64,000 nucleotides of DNA from Octopus vulgaris (taxonomy: Eukaryota). Of this stretch, positions 46,429-60,628 are shown piece after piece. A program made the position numbers and the translations under genes. Each line of letters begins with the position of its first letter. The first letter of the stretch is position 1. The notes beneath the pieces are model-generated. The model worked only from the letters and a program-made list of their open reading frames with translations. It did no database searches and had not been told where the DNA came from. The DNA lies in NCBI GenBank assembly GCA_951406725.2, contig OX597831.1, positions 32,922,001-32,986,000 of the forward strand, read 5' to 3'.

Positions 46429-46694
46429 CATACATACAAACATACATACATACATACATACATATATACATACATACATAAATATATACATACATACATA
46501 CAAACATACATACATACATACATACAAACATACATACATATATACATACATGCATACATACATACATACATACAAACATACATACATACATACATGCATA
46601 CATACATACATGCAAACATACATACATACATACATACATACATACATACATGCATACATACATATATACATACATATATACATACATACATGCG

Positions 46695-46729
<35 letters not shown>

Positions 46730-46754
46730 ATATGTATATGTATATATATGTATG

Positions 46755-46801
<47 letters not shown>

Positions 46802-47034
46802 GGAGTGAGAGGGAGAAACGTAATATGGTTTAATGGTTAAGATGTTCACTTGGTGACTACGAGCTTCTGGATTCGTTCTCACCTGTAGCATTGAGTTGAT
46901 CCCCACACTGCCTGAAAATGGGGCGGCGGAAACTGTAATAGAGCCCATCCGATTGTAACAATAATTCATAAGACGACGCATACATATATATATATACATT
47001 TTTATTGTATTTATATTGTATATATATTCGTGTA

Positions 47035-47306
47035 GCGTTGTCTGTTTTTCCGTCCCTGTTTTTGTATACATTCGATGCTTTCTTCCCAGGAATCCAATGC
47101 TCTTAGCTTAGTTTTTCCTAGGGGCTGGCCAGATTGGAGCAATCTCAAGATTAATCTGCCGAAATTACGAGGATGATCTGGTTCTTGACTGAGGATAGAA
47201 AGCTTCAAATGACCTGTCCTTGTTTTCTGTATCGTCTATCTGGATGTTTTGTTGTCCCTTTTTGTATTACCTAGTTGTCCGGATGTTTTGCGTTCTTGTC
47301 CCATTT

Positions 47307-47310
<4 letters not shown>
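47035..47310 (+). mobile_element. Family P4 short element (longest copy)
   Basis: Matches 15760-15856 and 8695-8770 in reverse complement. Flanked by (TA)n. Confidence 0.65.
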
Positions 47311-47370
<60 letters not shown>

Positions 47371-47429
47371 CATATAGCGGCGTACGTACATATATCTCTC
47401 TCTCTCTCTCTCTCTTTATATATATATAT

Positions 47430-47598
47430 GGGGAGAATTCACAAAAAAATCAAAAGACGACGACAGGTGTAGACAACAAACAGATGCTATTAGTATAACG
47501 CTCGGGAAGTGAAAAAGTCTTTAACATTTCGAGCCTACGCTCTTCTCAGAAAGAAACACAGAAAGAAACAAGGAGAGTAAATAATGAATGTGTAGTGG

Positions 47599-47600
<2 letters not shown>
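47430..47600 (-). mobile_element. Family P2 element with hammerhead-like motif (about 47518-47554)
   Basis: Minus strand TCTTT-CTGAGA-A-GAGCGTAGGCTC-GAAATGTT-AAAGA. Confidence 0.6.
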
Positions 47601-47662
<62 letters not shown>

Positions 47663-47698
47663 ATATGATATATTATAACACATTATATATATAGAATA

Positions 47699-48256
47699 CT
47701 AGCAGCTAAGCCCGGTTTCACCCGGTCTGTTTGGATGATGTGGCTGTGATTGTTTTCGGTTAGGCATATGTGAATGAAAATTAGTTCAGACTCCTACATG
47801 GTAGCTAGACTTGGTAAAAGTAGCAGCCAAATCTCCCTCAAAACAGCCACTGTTTTAATCCGACAATTCTGCCTATTGTGTAGTTTGAATGAGAAACTGT
47901 AACTAAAGATTAAGGTTATTAACCCCACAAAGAGGTGAAAGAAGAGAGACAGTATAGCGAAAGTTTTGGCTGACTGTCCTCCTGTACTCCCTTTGTTGCT
48001 AGCGAAATGGTATATGCCGGCTGTGTGAGCAACTGGTTGTTTTAATAGCGGAACAAACAGGGGAATTCCATTAGAAAAGTTTTAATCGATTTTTTTAATA
48101 AGTATGGGGGCCAGGAAAAAAACACAGACCACATTCCAATCTATGCACCCGTCTCCATGTGTGTCAGTTTTCACGTGAATCCACCCAGCCGTTTGGTTGT
48201 GAATCTCGAGAAAAGAAAGAATACAAAGATCGCCCATGTCCAATTTATATTATAGA
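47699..48256 (-). mobile_element. Non-autonomous Helitron
   Basis: Minus strand A|TCTATAATATAAA...CCGG(GTGAAA)CCGG hairpin...CTAG|T. Shows 5'-TC, 3'-CTAG, a subterminal hairpin, an AT target and no TSD. Confidence 0.75.
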
Positions 48257-48289
48257 TGATATAATATATAAATTGTGTGGAAGCCAGAC

Positions 48290-48364
<75 letters not shown>

Positions 48365-48384
48365 TATGTGCATATATATATATT

Positions 48385-48428
<44 letters not shown>

Positions 48429-49499
48429 TATATATATATACATACACACAAGCACACACATATATACATACACATACACACACACTCACGACTAGCTTCC
48501 ACACAATTTTCGTCTGCCGAATCCACTCACAACGTATTCTTGTTTCGGCCCGGGGCTATAGTTGCAAATACTTGTACAAGATTCCACGCAATGGGATTGA
48601 ACGCACAACCATGACTACATGTATTGCAAAAAATGTTACTATAAAAAGCAGGGTAGCCAAGGCCGGAATGCCTTTTATCACGTCTCTCAGTTCTGTCTAT
48701 TAGCTTCGAACCAAACAACAATGGCAAAAACAACAACCACCAATAACCACCACGACCACTGCATCAACACTTTACTAGTAATTTGTTTACCAGCTTGAAT
48801 ATTTTTATGAAGTTCTAAACATGCCCACCACTCAGAAATAAGTCTGACAAAAGCTTTCATTGATTACAAAAAAATCCATCATCTAGCAAGCATGTTCTTC
48901 ACCGTCATCTTTAAACAGACACAGCAAAAGTTTCCTCAAGAAACTACCGTTGCCCCGAACCACACACTTACCCCGCAGCATAAAATATCTTATCCCAATA
49001 ATTCTTGTTACGTAATTCTTGTCATAGAAACTTCGCCTCAAAAAAAAAAAAAAAAGAAGAAAGGAAAAAAAATTCACATAAATCCTTGCATAAAATCTCT
49101 AAAGAGGATTTTAGGTACTGACTAATCTCACCACATTAATCTTGCTAGAAGTTCGCCATCATAAAATCTTCGAATAAAAATCTCGCGAGAATAACGTTAC
49201 AAAACGATTAACATTAACATTTCACCAGCAAGTACTTCTCTGTCGAAAGCTCAGCAGGTAAATATCGCTTTAAACAGCAATCAATAAATATACCAGAGCA
49301 GGGTTAGGGTTAGGGTTATGTAGTCCAGGATACATCATGATACAACCAGAATGGATACACCTGGAATTCCTTTGACCATAGTTATGCACGATCAGTATCG
49401 TCATAGAATTAACAACAACAACAACAACAACAACAATAAGAAGAAGAACAGCAAAAACTACACTAACAGTAACGGCAGCGAAAGCAACAGCAATCATAA

Positions 49500-49721
49500 T
49501 TATTTCTAGTTTTGGCACGAGGCTAGCAATTTCGAGAAGCGGAGCACAGACCGATTACATCGATCCCAGTTTTAGACTGGTACTTATTTTATTGACCCCA
49601 CCCCACCCGAGGAGATGTAAAGCTAGGTTGATCCGAGTAGTATATAAAATGAGAACGTGAAGAGCCGAAATGGCGCTACGCATTTTGCCCGACACGATTA
49701 TGATTGCACCAGCTTGTTGAC

Positions 49722-49797
<76 letters not shown>

Positions 49798-49990
49798 TGG
49801 TTTCATATTTTGGCACAAGGCCAGAATGTGGTGGGGGTGTATTTGACTTGTACTTTATTTTATCGACCAAGGAGAGATGAATGATAAATCTGACGAGTGA
49901 TAGGAACTCAAAACGTTAAAACCCGGAAGGATTAGCGCAAAAGATTTCTTTCCACACTCGAACGCTTCTTCCATTCTACCGACAACAACA
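49500..49990 (-). mobile_element. Two degenerate family B SINE copies separated by (AAT)n
   Basis: TTTGGCAC.AGGC, CTGGTACTTATTTTATTGACCCC and CGCATTTTGCCCGAC motifs. Confidence 0.65.
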
Positions 49991-50119
49991 ATAACAACTA
50001 CAAACAGTGCCACAGACTTAGCATCACAATCGTCTCCTCCTCACCATGAACATCTTATTCCAAATACAGAAGCAACTCAACGTCACAGCCCCGCCGTCTC
50101 TGTTGTGACTAGCGCAAGT

Positions 50120-50292
50120 TAAGGTGGTAAGCAGGCAGAATTGTTAATATGCCGGGAAAATGCTTAGCAGCGTTTCGTCCGACTTTACGTTCTGAGTACA
50201 AAATACGCTTTTCATCCTTTCGAGGTCGATGAAATAGGCACCAATCCCCTCTCTCCCGAAATTGCTGGCCTTGTGCCAAAATTTGAAACCGA
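50120..50292 (+). mobile_element. Family B SINE with 14-bp TSD
   Basis: TGACTAGCGCAAGT at 50106-50119 and 50293-50306. Confidence 0.85.
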
Positions 50293-50769
50293 TGACTAGC
50301 GCAAGTAAATAGTGCTAAAGAAAGTACGCGACACAAATTAACAACAAAGCAAAAGAAAAACAAAAAAAAACCACTTCCGCCCTGAAAACAGTGTCAGTTC
50401 ATGATGCTAAATACAATAAACTTAACCACATAGTCTATCAGTTTGCAGCGTTCACAAAATTGCAGCATCAGTTAGCATCAATTATCTGTATAAAAACAAA
50501 AAAAAAAAAAAAGCGCCAGCATTATCATTTTCGGGAAATCCATACGAACAACAGAACCAGAAATGATTCTACCGCAAGAACGATATCTGTAAACAGCGTA
50601 AGTTATCAGAATCATAAAACAAAGCAAAACATCCTCTTGAAGAAAACATCACCGCAAAATACTGCAACGAATTCTTCCGCCAAATCTTTCTCCACAAAGC
50701 TTTCAACATGAAGACCTTTATTCTGGACACTTCGGCATAAAATATACACAAATAAATAAATAAAATAGG

Positions 50770-51220
50770 TGAAGTCATGGCTGTGTGGTAAGAAGTTTGC
50801 TTCCCAACCACATGGTTTCGGGTTCAGTCGCACTGCGTGGCACCTTTAGCAAGTGTCTTCTATAACCTCAGGGTAACCGAGGCCATGTGAGTGGATTTGG
50901 TGGACCGAAACTAACCGAAACACCCACGCGCGCGCGTTTGTGTAACACCCACGCGCGCGCATTGTGTGTTTGTATGTATGTGTGTGTGGGTATGTGTGTG
51001 TGCGCGCGTGCGTGTGTGTCTTTTTGTCTGTTTGTTTCCCACTACCGCTTGACAACCGGTAATTTAGTGGTTCGGCAAAAGAGACCGATAGAATAAATAC
51101 CAGGCTTTAACAAAAATCAAAAATAAGTGCTGGGGTCGATTCATTTGACCAAAAATTCTTCAAGACGTTGCCCCAGCATGGCCGCAGTCTAATGACGGAA
51201 ACAAATAAAAGATAAAATAA
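50770..51220 (+). mobile_element. SINE family A, full length
   Basis: TGGCTGTGTGGTAAGAAGTTTGCTTCCCAACCACATGG...CCCCAGCATGGCCGCAGTC. Confidence 0.85.
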
Positions 51221-51507
51221 AAATAATATATAAAAACAAAGCATTACCAGTAAATGGCGCAAAATTTCCATCGCTAAAATACATCCGCCATTAAAATCCT
51301 TACGTCACTAAACATTTCAACTACTAAAACACGTCCCCACCACCCCGCCATCCGCTGTCTCCTTACATATCATCTCCATTATTCTCAAGCTGAAATGAAT
51401 ATGAAATCAATAACCAATAATATATTTGAAAACTCATTAACACTTCTGTCGACCATATTTCATCACTTAAATCATTCTAATGAGTAAAATATATAGCAAC
51501 TGGATTT

Positions 51508-51544
<37 letters not shown>

Positions 51545-51954
51545 CAAGCATACATATATATGTGTCTATGTATGTGTGTGTATGAATGTATGCATATATA
51601 TATATATATATATATATACATACATAAAAATATATATGTAGATGTGTATATATATATGTTTATATATCTATATATATACATCTCTCTATCTATATATATA
51701 CACACACACACAAGGAATTGTCGTCAATTGGCTTAAAGTAATATGTATTATGAGTAGTTAGTTTGGTTTGCCACTAAAGATCTAGCTTGGACTGCAACTG
51801 AAAAATGTAGTGCTGAGACTACCTATCGAAGGTGGCTGGAAGTGGTGTTTCCTTGAGCGGGCTGATATAGATTAAAATAGAAAACGAAAGAGCAAAACAT
51901 TTGGCATCACTCGAAAAGCATTCGATTTAGAGAGAGAATATAGATCAGAAAGAT

Positions 51955-52044
51955 TCTCCTACAGCTGTTTCTAGAATAACCGAGCACATGGCACATGATA
52001 TTCAGTAGAAATTCCGTAAGCTAAGCTTACCGTCATCAGAGAGA
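51955..52044 (-). ncRNA. Type I hammerhead ribozyme candidate with canonical CTGATGA core
   Basis: Minus strand TCTCT-CTGATGA-(61 nt including a GTAAGC/GCTTAC hairpin)-GAAA-CAGCTG-TA-GGAGA. Stem I is 5/5 with one G-U. Stem II closure is ambiguous. Confidence 0.5.
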
Positions 52045-53501
52045 GTGAGAGAGAGAGAGAGAGGGGGGGAGTGAGAGAGAGAGAATGAGGGAGAAGTCAG
52101 AAAATATATGAATGAAGAATGTCTCCGATCGATGATATTGGTATTTTCCAATTTGCCGAAAAATAAAAGAAGGGTCAGAGTGAAATGTATATGCGTTAGG
52201 TAGTTCCTTGATCGAATAAATAATAAAGTTAGAGGTGAGGTCTATCAGCAGTTTGATGATAATCCATGGTAAAGGATAATGGAAGTTACCAGTTCCATTT
52301 TTGAATAGAGAGTGAATTAGGATGGAGTACGAATAATATACTTCAGTGTGAAGGGAAGATAGAAAGGAGGATGCCCTAGAGTAGATGTATACTCGTCTGT
52401 ATAATGAGGACATGTTAGGTGAAAGAAATCGGAGGAAGCTTACGCATAGCCAGAAAGATAATGGGTGAAAAATAGCAGATTCCAGATACTTTCATCTCAT
52501 GACTGACCACCAGCATTGGCCAGAGTCATTGGATAGCAAGAATGGGAGGAACAGGATCAGGACGGTAATTAAGTGGTTGTAGAAGATAATGAAGTTCTCG
52601 AATTTTACCCCCAACTACGGTGAGCGTGATACAATTAGAAGTTGAGGGGAGATTTAGGGCTCACCCGGTTACAGTGGTGCTATAAATAAATGCCAATGAT
52701 ATTTATTCAAGTTTAAAAATTTGTTGCGTTAGTGAAAGTGCATGCTGGCTGGGAATTGATGAATAAGAAATAAAATAATTTAAAAGATAAAAATGTAAAG
52801 GTAATTTATTTTACAAAGTCATAGCAGAGTAAAATTATAAGATCAAGAGATGAAAGAAATATAATAATAATGGACAATGGTCAATAGATACCATATGGGT
52901 GAATCGGTGGAGAAACCTAGTATATATCATTACCCAATATAAATAAAATAATATAATATGAAAAATAAGTCCTGGGATAGGGTTGTTCGACTAAAGGCGA
53001 TGCTGCAGCATGGTCGCAGTCAAATGACTTGAACAAATAAAAGAATACCGAGTATATTAAAGTATAGGTGGTCCGTTAGCAATTCAAACTTAAAGGTAAA
53101 ATTGATGAACAAGGGTACAAAATAGTACCAGCATTGCTAGAAATAAGAGTAAAAAAAAGATTAAAATGTCACAAAAAACACTATTTCATGAGTTGACGAA
53201 ATCAAGGAAGGGAGGACACCTTACCTTGGTGAGATAGTGTATATCACCATAACTATGAGAAGAGATGGCCTAGTGGTGTTTAGTTAATAACAACAGTGTT
53301 GCAGCTGAATAGATATTTGATTAATTATAATCGAGGTGAGATGCGTAAAATGAGTTTATAAAATAAAAAAATAAAACATAGAAAGATATGATGACAACGC
53401 AGATATACTAATTAACTGAGCTCATATGATGTCTCAATTACATATCAGTGAGAGTCAGAGGAAGTTGTTTTACAGCAATTAGATTTATGGTAAAATGTAA
53501 A

Positions 53502-54301
<800 letters not shown>

Positions 54302-54320
54302 ATTTAAATAATTTAATATA

Positions 54321-56718
54321 TTAATGAACACATAGAGAAAGCTTCGTGTTGTTTATTCAATAAATGGGTGGGGTTATGTGATCGGATTTGTATAGATTCC
54401 CTCAAACATAACCAACACGGGGCACTTTAGCCTTGGTATGGAGGACCTGAGTCAATGGTGTACTAAGTTACGTTATGTGATATATTCTTTTTCCTAAGGT
54501 ACTGGATATGTTCTGCGAGAGAAGTAGATTTACAATGTTTTTCATATCTAAATGAGTTTAGATGTGCAGAGTATCTTTGCTTGAAAAAATAGTGGGTCTA
54601 AAATAAATCTTGGTAGACTTTTTGGAATGCATTAAACCTCCTGCGGTGAGCTCGTAACGGGCAATTATCCCGAATTTGAAGTTGCAATTGAATCTATTTG
54701 GTTTAGGAGTTTTTCTGCTGAGTGAACTAGTGTATGCAAAATTAGAAGCTGTTCTATGGTTGATGTGAGTTCTTTGTAATCAGTTCTCATACTCATTGTT
54801 TTCGATGTCATTTATGCTGTTATTGTAAGAGTTCGTGATTGAAAACATGGATGTTTCTGACGTCTATGTCAGATTAAGTGCAGCTTTAATGGGAGAGATT
54901 AAACGAAACTTTAATGTCACGATCGGTGGTAGAAACCCTATCATTGTAATTGGTACTGTTGTCTTCTTCTTCTTCTTCTTCTTCTTCTTCTTCTTCTTCT
55001 TCTTCTTCTTCTTCTTCTTCTTCTTCTTCTTCTTCTTCTTCTTCTTTTTCTTCTTCTTCTTCTTCTTCTTCTTCTTCTTCTTCTTCTTCTTCTTCTTCTT
55101 CATTCTTTTTCTTCTTCTTCTTCTTCTTCATTCTTTTCTTCTTCTTCTTCTTCTTCTTCTTCTTCTTCTTCTTCTTCTTCTTCTCTCCTCCTTCTTCTTC
55201 TTCTTCTTCTTCTTCCTATTTAGTTCTCCTATTTATATTAGGGAATGTTAGATTCGTATTTTTTGAAGGGGGGGGCATGAAATCGGGGTTTAATTGAACT
55301 AGATAGTTCTTAAGCTTAGTATTAGACAAAAATTTAATTATTGAGAGAAACCACTGACAGAAAGCGTTTGATATAATAGGTGTCGTGGTTATTAAATATT
55401 TCCTCGATTGCGGACAGATCTGAAAGTCTAATAGAGATACCATTAATTACGCTATTTAAAACAGGTCTATGGTGATTAGAATGGACATTGATATACTTTA
55501 TATATTTATTAGGGTTATGGTTACGAGAAATATGTCAAAGAGCTAAGGTCTAAGGTTACGTCAAGGAATTTGGCTATTTTATTAGTACTCTTAAATGCAA
55601 CAGTTAAGCTAAACTTGGGAAAGAACTAATACAGGACCTTTCTGGTTCTCTCAAGAGTTGGTTTGGAGAAACCGGTAGCGACAAGGAGAGCATCACCGCG
55701 ATATAGTCCACCGTGGATTGCAGGAAAGAACATGCGAAGTCGCTGGAGGAGGTAAAGCTCAACGAGGTGTGTCAACTGAACCGACTTTGAGGAGGTCATT
55801 GTTATATCGAGGAAATATTTATTAGATGTCTTACACCAAAGTTTGTTGCTGAAAGTAATGAGTTTCTTTCTAGCCTTTTAGTATAATATTTATTTCTAGA
55901 TGGGCTGTGTTAGTTTTTCTAGAGAAGATAATGGCTTTGTTAAGGATGGCAGGAGAAACAGAAGCATAATAGTTATTAATGTCAAATTGGATGAAAGAGG
56001 AAATTATTCTTACTTTTGAGAAGATGAAACCAAGTAATCACCAGGTCATCACCTCACCTGAGCATGACCAAAGGTTAAGAATCAATTTATTCCTAACAAT
56101 TGGTATCACCCTGTCCAAAATATTCTTACTGATTCGTCCGAGATCAGATTTTCGAGGGCAGACGAATCTGACTGATGCTTTGGTATTAAAATCCAATTAT
56201 GATCCTTAAGATTGAAGTGGAGCATTTTAGGGATATAAGGCTCCGTTCTATCATCGACTTGCGAACATATTCACGGTGCTGGTGGTGAATGGTATCCAAG
56301 GGAATCTTTCGAACGGTTCTCTAGGATTTATTTAGGTCCTTGCGGGTAACGTCCATTTATTCCTCGGTGCTAATAGAGGAATACAGATAAGATTTCCGGT
56401 CTTATCTGATAAGACGTGCATTTTCGTTGATTCCTCGATTTGTCGTCCAGATGTTGAAAGTTGCCTCTTGTAGGCGGATTTAAAATGAGAGAATTGAACT
56501 TTCTTAATCATGTTTAGAATTTCAGATTCAAATTTATCGAACAGAAAGTAGTGAGGAGAGATTTTATAGGATCTGAGGTTGTAGTTGTATTTTTCCCTGG
56601 CTTTATGTCTATTATCATTGAAAAATGCTCGCCATTGCTTTCTCCTAATTAAGTTAATAGTTTTGTGTAGGAGTAATAATAGGGAGGTTTCCTGAGGTGG
56701 AATGCGCATGCTTTTCAC
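54321..56718 (-). pseudogene. Decayed Penelope-like retroelement ORF (RT plus C-terminal GIY-YIG endonuclease), Naiad-like
   Basis: Motifs in order: IRRKQWRAFF..FESEI..SDKTGN; LKDH..CPRKSDLGRISKNILDR; FLDITM..LVELYLL..GLYRGD (55692, degenerate YRDD); KFLDVTLDL; YINVHSNH; CN..CPL; FKQRYSAHLNSFR; PY..CWLCLRE..LLNKQHE..C. Multiple stops and frameshifts. Confidence 0.9.
54962..55215. repeat. (CTT)n/(GAA)n tract inside the RT-endonuclease linker of the Penelope-like element
   Basis: Seen directly in the sequence. Confidence 0.95.
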
Positions 56719-56851
56719 TGGAGATGCGGCGGAACTACTCGTTCATACATACATACATACATACATACATACATACATACATACATACATACATACACAC
56801 GTACGTGTGTATGCATATATAAGTGTGTATGTATGTATGTATGTATGTATG

Positions 56852-56924
<73 letters not shown>

Positions 56925-57471
56925 CTTCGCTCATATGTACGTATCTGTCGGTCTTTCTATCTATCTATCCATCTTTTATATAAATACATGTACGTATGCA
57001 TGTGTGTGTATGTGTGCACGGGAGTGAGTGAGTGACTGAGTGAGTGTGTGTGTGAGTGCGTGAGTGTGTGTGTGTGTGTGTGTGTATGTGTGTGTGCTTA
57101 AATTCAAGATTTCATATTTGAAAAGACCATTTACACTGAAGACTAGAGACAAATTTATTACGAAATTAGTTTTGGCTGTGAATTAAAAGTTTCGCCAAGA
57201 GACTTGACGAGCGAGTTAGGTTGAATAACCGAGAGGTGAACATTCGAAGTGCCAGCGGAAACTAATTTCATTACACACAGAAACACACACGCACACATGG
57301 CCACATATACATACGCACGTACACACACTTATATTTAATTTTCGCAGATTATTTGTACGTTTGTATTTATTTATATTTATTTGGAAGTTAAGCATATAAC
57401 CTGTGGCATCATATCTTAGAATCATGTACACCTTATTTCCCCCATCTCTCTCTCTTTCTCACTTTCATATA

Positions 57472-57502
<31 letters not shown>

Positions 57503-57726
57503 GTACATGTATGTATTTATATATATATATATATATATATACATATATAGTATATTTGTATATGTTTTGATTTCTACCTCAAGAGAATCTCTCTACATGT
57601 GAGTGTATATATATATATTATATGTATATATATACATATATATATATATACACATACATATATATACGTACATATATATACATACATATATATACACATA
57701 TATATATACATACATATATATATATG

Positions 57727-57758
<32 letters not shown>

Positions 57759-57853
57759 ACAACTGATTTGTCTATATTGTTCATATACTGGCCACTGGTC
57801 ACGTTCAGTTATTCTTTTTTATACATTTTTATACATAAACTCATGCAAATTAC

Positions 57854-58150
57854 CTAGATCATAAAAATATTCAACTCTCTGCTATTGTAGATAAGGTTGG
57901 ACGATTGTCGTGCTGATGACGTCAATCGAACCAGGAACGCGTTCCCAAGACTGTCTTCTAATCTCGAGACAATAAGTCTGTCTCTTTCCTTAATGGCATA
58001 TGAACTTAGAAAATTCTCCTTTTCTGTGATTATCTCCCCCTTCTCAGGTGGAGCTGTGCTTGCTGGCCATTTTGTAATTACGACGCATCGTCTAGAGGCG
58101 TAGATAATTTTAATAAATGAAGAATTCATGTCGTATGGCATTTGACATAC
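57854..58150 (-). other. Non-repetitive 99-codon open stretch bounded by AG and GT (candidate exon or decayed coding DNA)
   Basis: CTAATGCAG|GTATGT...ATGATCTAG|GTAATT, 297 nt, last codon TAG. No homology recognised. Confidence 0.2.
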
Positions 58151-58197
58151 CTGCATTAGTCTATGCTTTCAAAACATGGCACTGGTCAATTCATATA

Positions 58198-58266
<69 letters not shown>

Positions 58267-58931
58267 ACACACATACACACACACATACACACACACGCAC
58301 ACACACATACACACAAACGCACACACACGTATATATACATACATATATTCGTAAGAGGAAGGATATAATATCCAGGCAAATACCGAATTTCTCTGAGTAA
58401 AAAGCCAAAGCTGGTTACTTCAGGTGGTGCGTTTTATGGTAAACTTCCTTAAACTCCCAAGTGATGTTACAGTTTATTTCTTGGCTACTTAGAGTGTAAA
58501 GTATAACATTGAAAATAAGGAGAACGTTTATTCATAATAATTGTCCGACACGCTTTTCGATCGCATTAACTGAATATTGGTGCATATCTACATGTAGCGA
58601 TTTATGCATTATTGGTACGATCTCTTCAGAGCATATAAATATGACATTGTTCGAAGAGGAATTTTTCTCCATTAGTGGCTTGAATTCATTTATATATGAA
58701 TTCATAACCATATGCATGTCCACCTTACATTTATTTCTCAACGTCACTGTCTAATAGGAAATGTTCAAAACTTTCGTCGCACTTCTGTGTAATTGTCACG
58801 GATAGGCACAAATCCGTTGCATCTATCAAAATTAACTCACCCACTAGAGAGTGTAAGACTCAGTGAGTTCAGTTGATTCACAGGGGGTTTGAACTTTGGG
58901 TCTTCTAAGTTTCATATATCTAACTTTCATA

Positions 58932-58979
<48 letters not shown>

Positions 58980-58983
<4 letters not shown>

Positions 58984-59136
58984 GCTGTGTGGTAAGAAGC
59001 TTGATTCTCAATCACACGGTTCCGGGTTCAGTCGTACTGCGTGGCACCTAGGGCTAGTGGCTTCTACTTTAGCCTCGGGCTGACCAAACGCTTGCGAGTG
59101 GATTTCGTTGGTAGAAACTGAAAGAAGCCCGCCGAA

Positions 59137-59178
<42 letters not shown>

Positions 59179-59192
59179 CATACATACATACA

Positions 59193-59285
<93 letters not shown>

Positions 59286-59490
59286 ATTGAGTCTGTGTTT
59301 GTTACCCACACACACGCAATCGCTTGACAACCGATATCCCCGTAACTTAGCAGTTCGGCAAAAGAGACCTATAGAATAAATACTGGATTTACAAAGGGGT
59401 CGATTTCTCCGACTAAAAAAAAAAAAAGTCTTTCAGCATGGCGGCAGTCAAATAACTGAAGCAAGTAAAAGGATAATAGAATAAAAGAAT
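58980..59490 (+). mobile_element. SINE family A, full length, with ~150-bp internal microsatellite
   Basis: Head GCTGTGTGGTAAGAAGCTTG through tail CAGCATGGCGGCAGTC. Confidence 0.85.
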
Positions 59491-60268
59491 GTAATTACGA
59501 AAATAACTTGTAGATGGTAATTTATAAGCTTTGTTAATGTCTCAGGACACATGTTTTTGTATCCCGCACGTTTATTTATGAGGATATTTTTATATCCATA
59601 AGATATTATTACCGATTATTCGCAATATCTATGAATCTTGTATTTGCCTCCATCACCCTGCGCATGCTTCGTCTGGCAATTACATTAATTGCATTGATAC
59701 ATTTTTACTGGCTATATATATGTGTGTGTGTGTTTGCATACATACATATATATACATAAACACAAAGATATATATATATATATATATATATATAGATATA
59801 CATGTATGTGCCTACATATATAAATACATACACTTATTTTTAAATATAAATATGTGTGTGTATGCATGTGTGTATTTATATATATATGTATATATAACCA
59901 CATGCGTATGCGTGTTTGTGTGAGTGTGTGTATATATATCATTATGACAATCCCCATCATAGACAACATTAACTATCAATATAAGACACATCTGACGCTT
60001 AATTTCAACACACATTCAAACAGTGAACACACAAATAAAAAAATATCTCGGATTTATACTGTCTGGCCACAAAATGATTATCAAAAGATCTAGTGGAATG
60101 GATTCAGTGGTCAGGCGGCAGATGTGCAAAGAAACTTCATAACAGACGCTAGTGTTAAGATATATTAAAGAAAAAGAACAGCCAAAACGAATGTAGTGAA
60201 GGAATAGAGTCAATGACCAGGTCGCAGATGTGGAGCGAAAACTGAGAAACTTCAAATCATATGGTATG

Positions 60269-60355
<87 letters not shown>

Positions 60356-60451
60356 TATTATTTATATATATATATATATATAGATACACATATATACATA
60401 CATGTATATACATATATATATACATACACGTATATATATATACATACATAT

Positions 60452-60485
<34 letters not shown>

Positions 60486-60570
60486 TATACATACACACAT
60501 ATATGTATTCATTTATATATATATATACACATACATACATACATAAATATATACATACATACATACATGC

Positions 60571-60628
<58 letters not shown>

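Noticed and set aside
49301-49318. Telomeric TTAGGG repeats
   Set aside because: Only two to three units, too short to call an interstitial telomere.
52036-52413. 125-aa ORF near the hammerhead
   Set aside because: No recognisable motif. The pyrimidine-rich strand is depleted of stops by composition.
54321-54700. Selenocysteine (UGA-for-Cys) recoding reported for some Naiad elements
   Set aside because: The visible conserved Cys codons are TGT/TGC, and the stops seen in this part are TAG/TAA consistent with decay.
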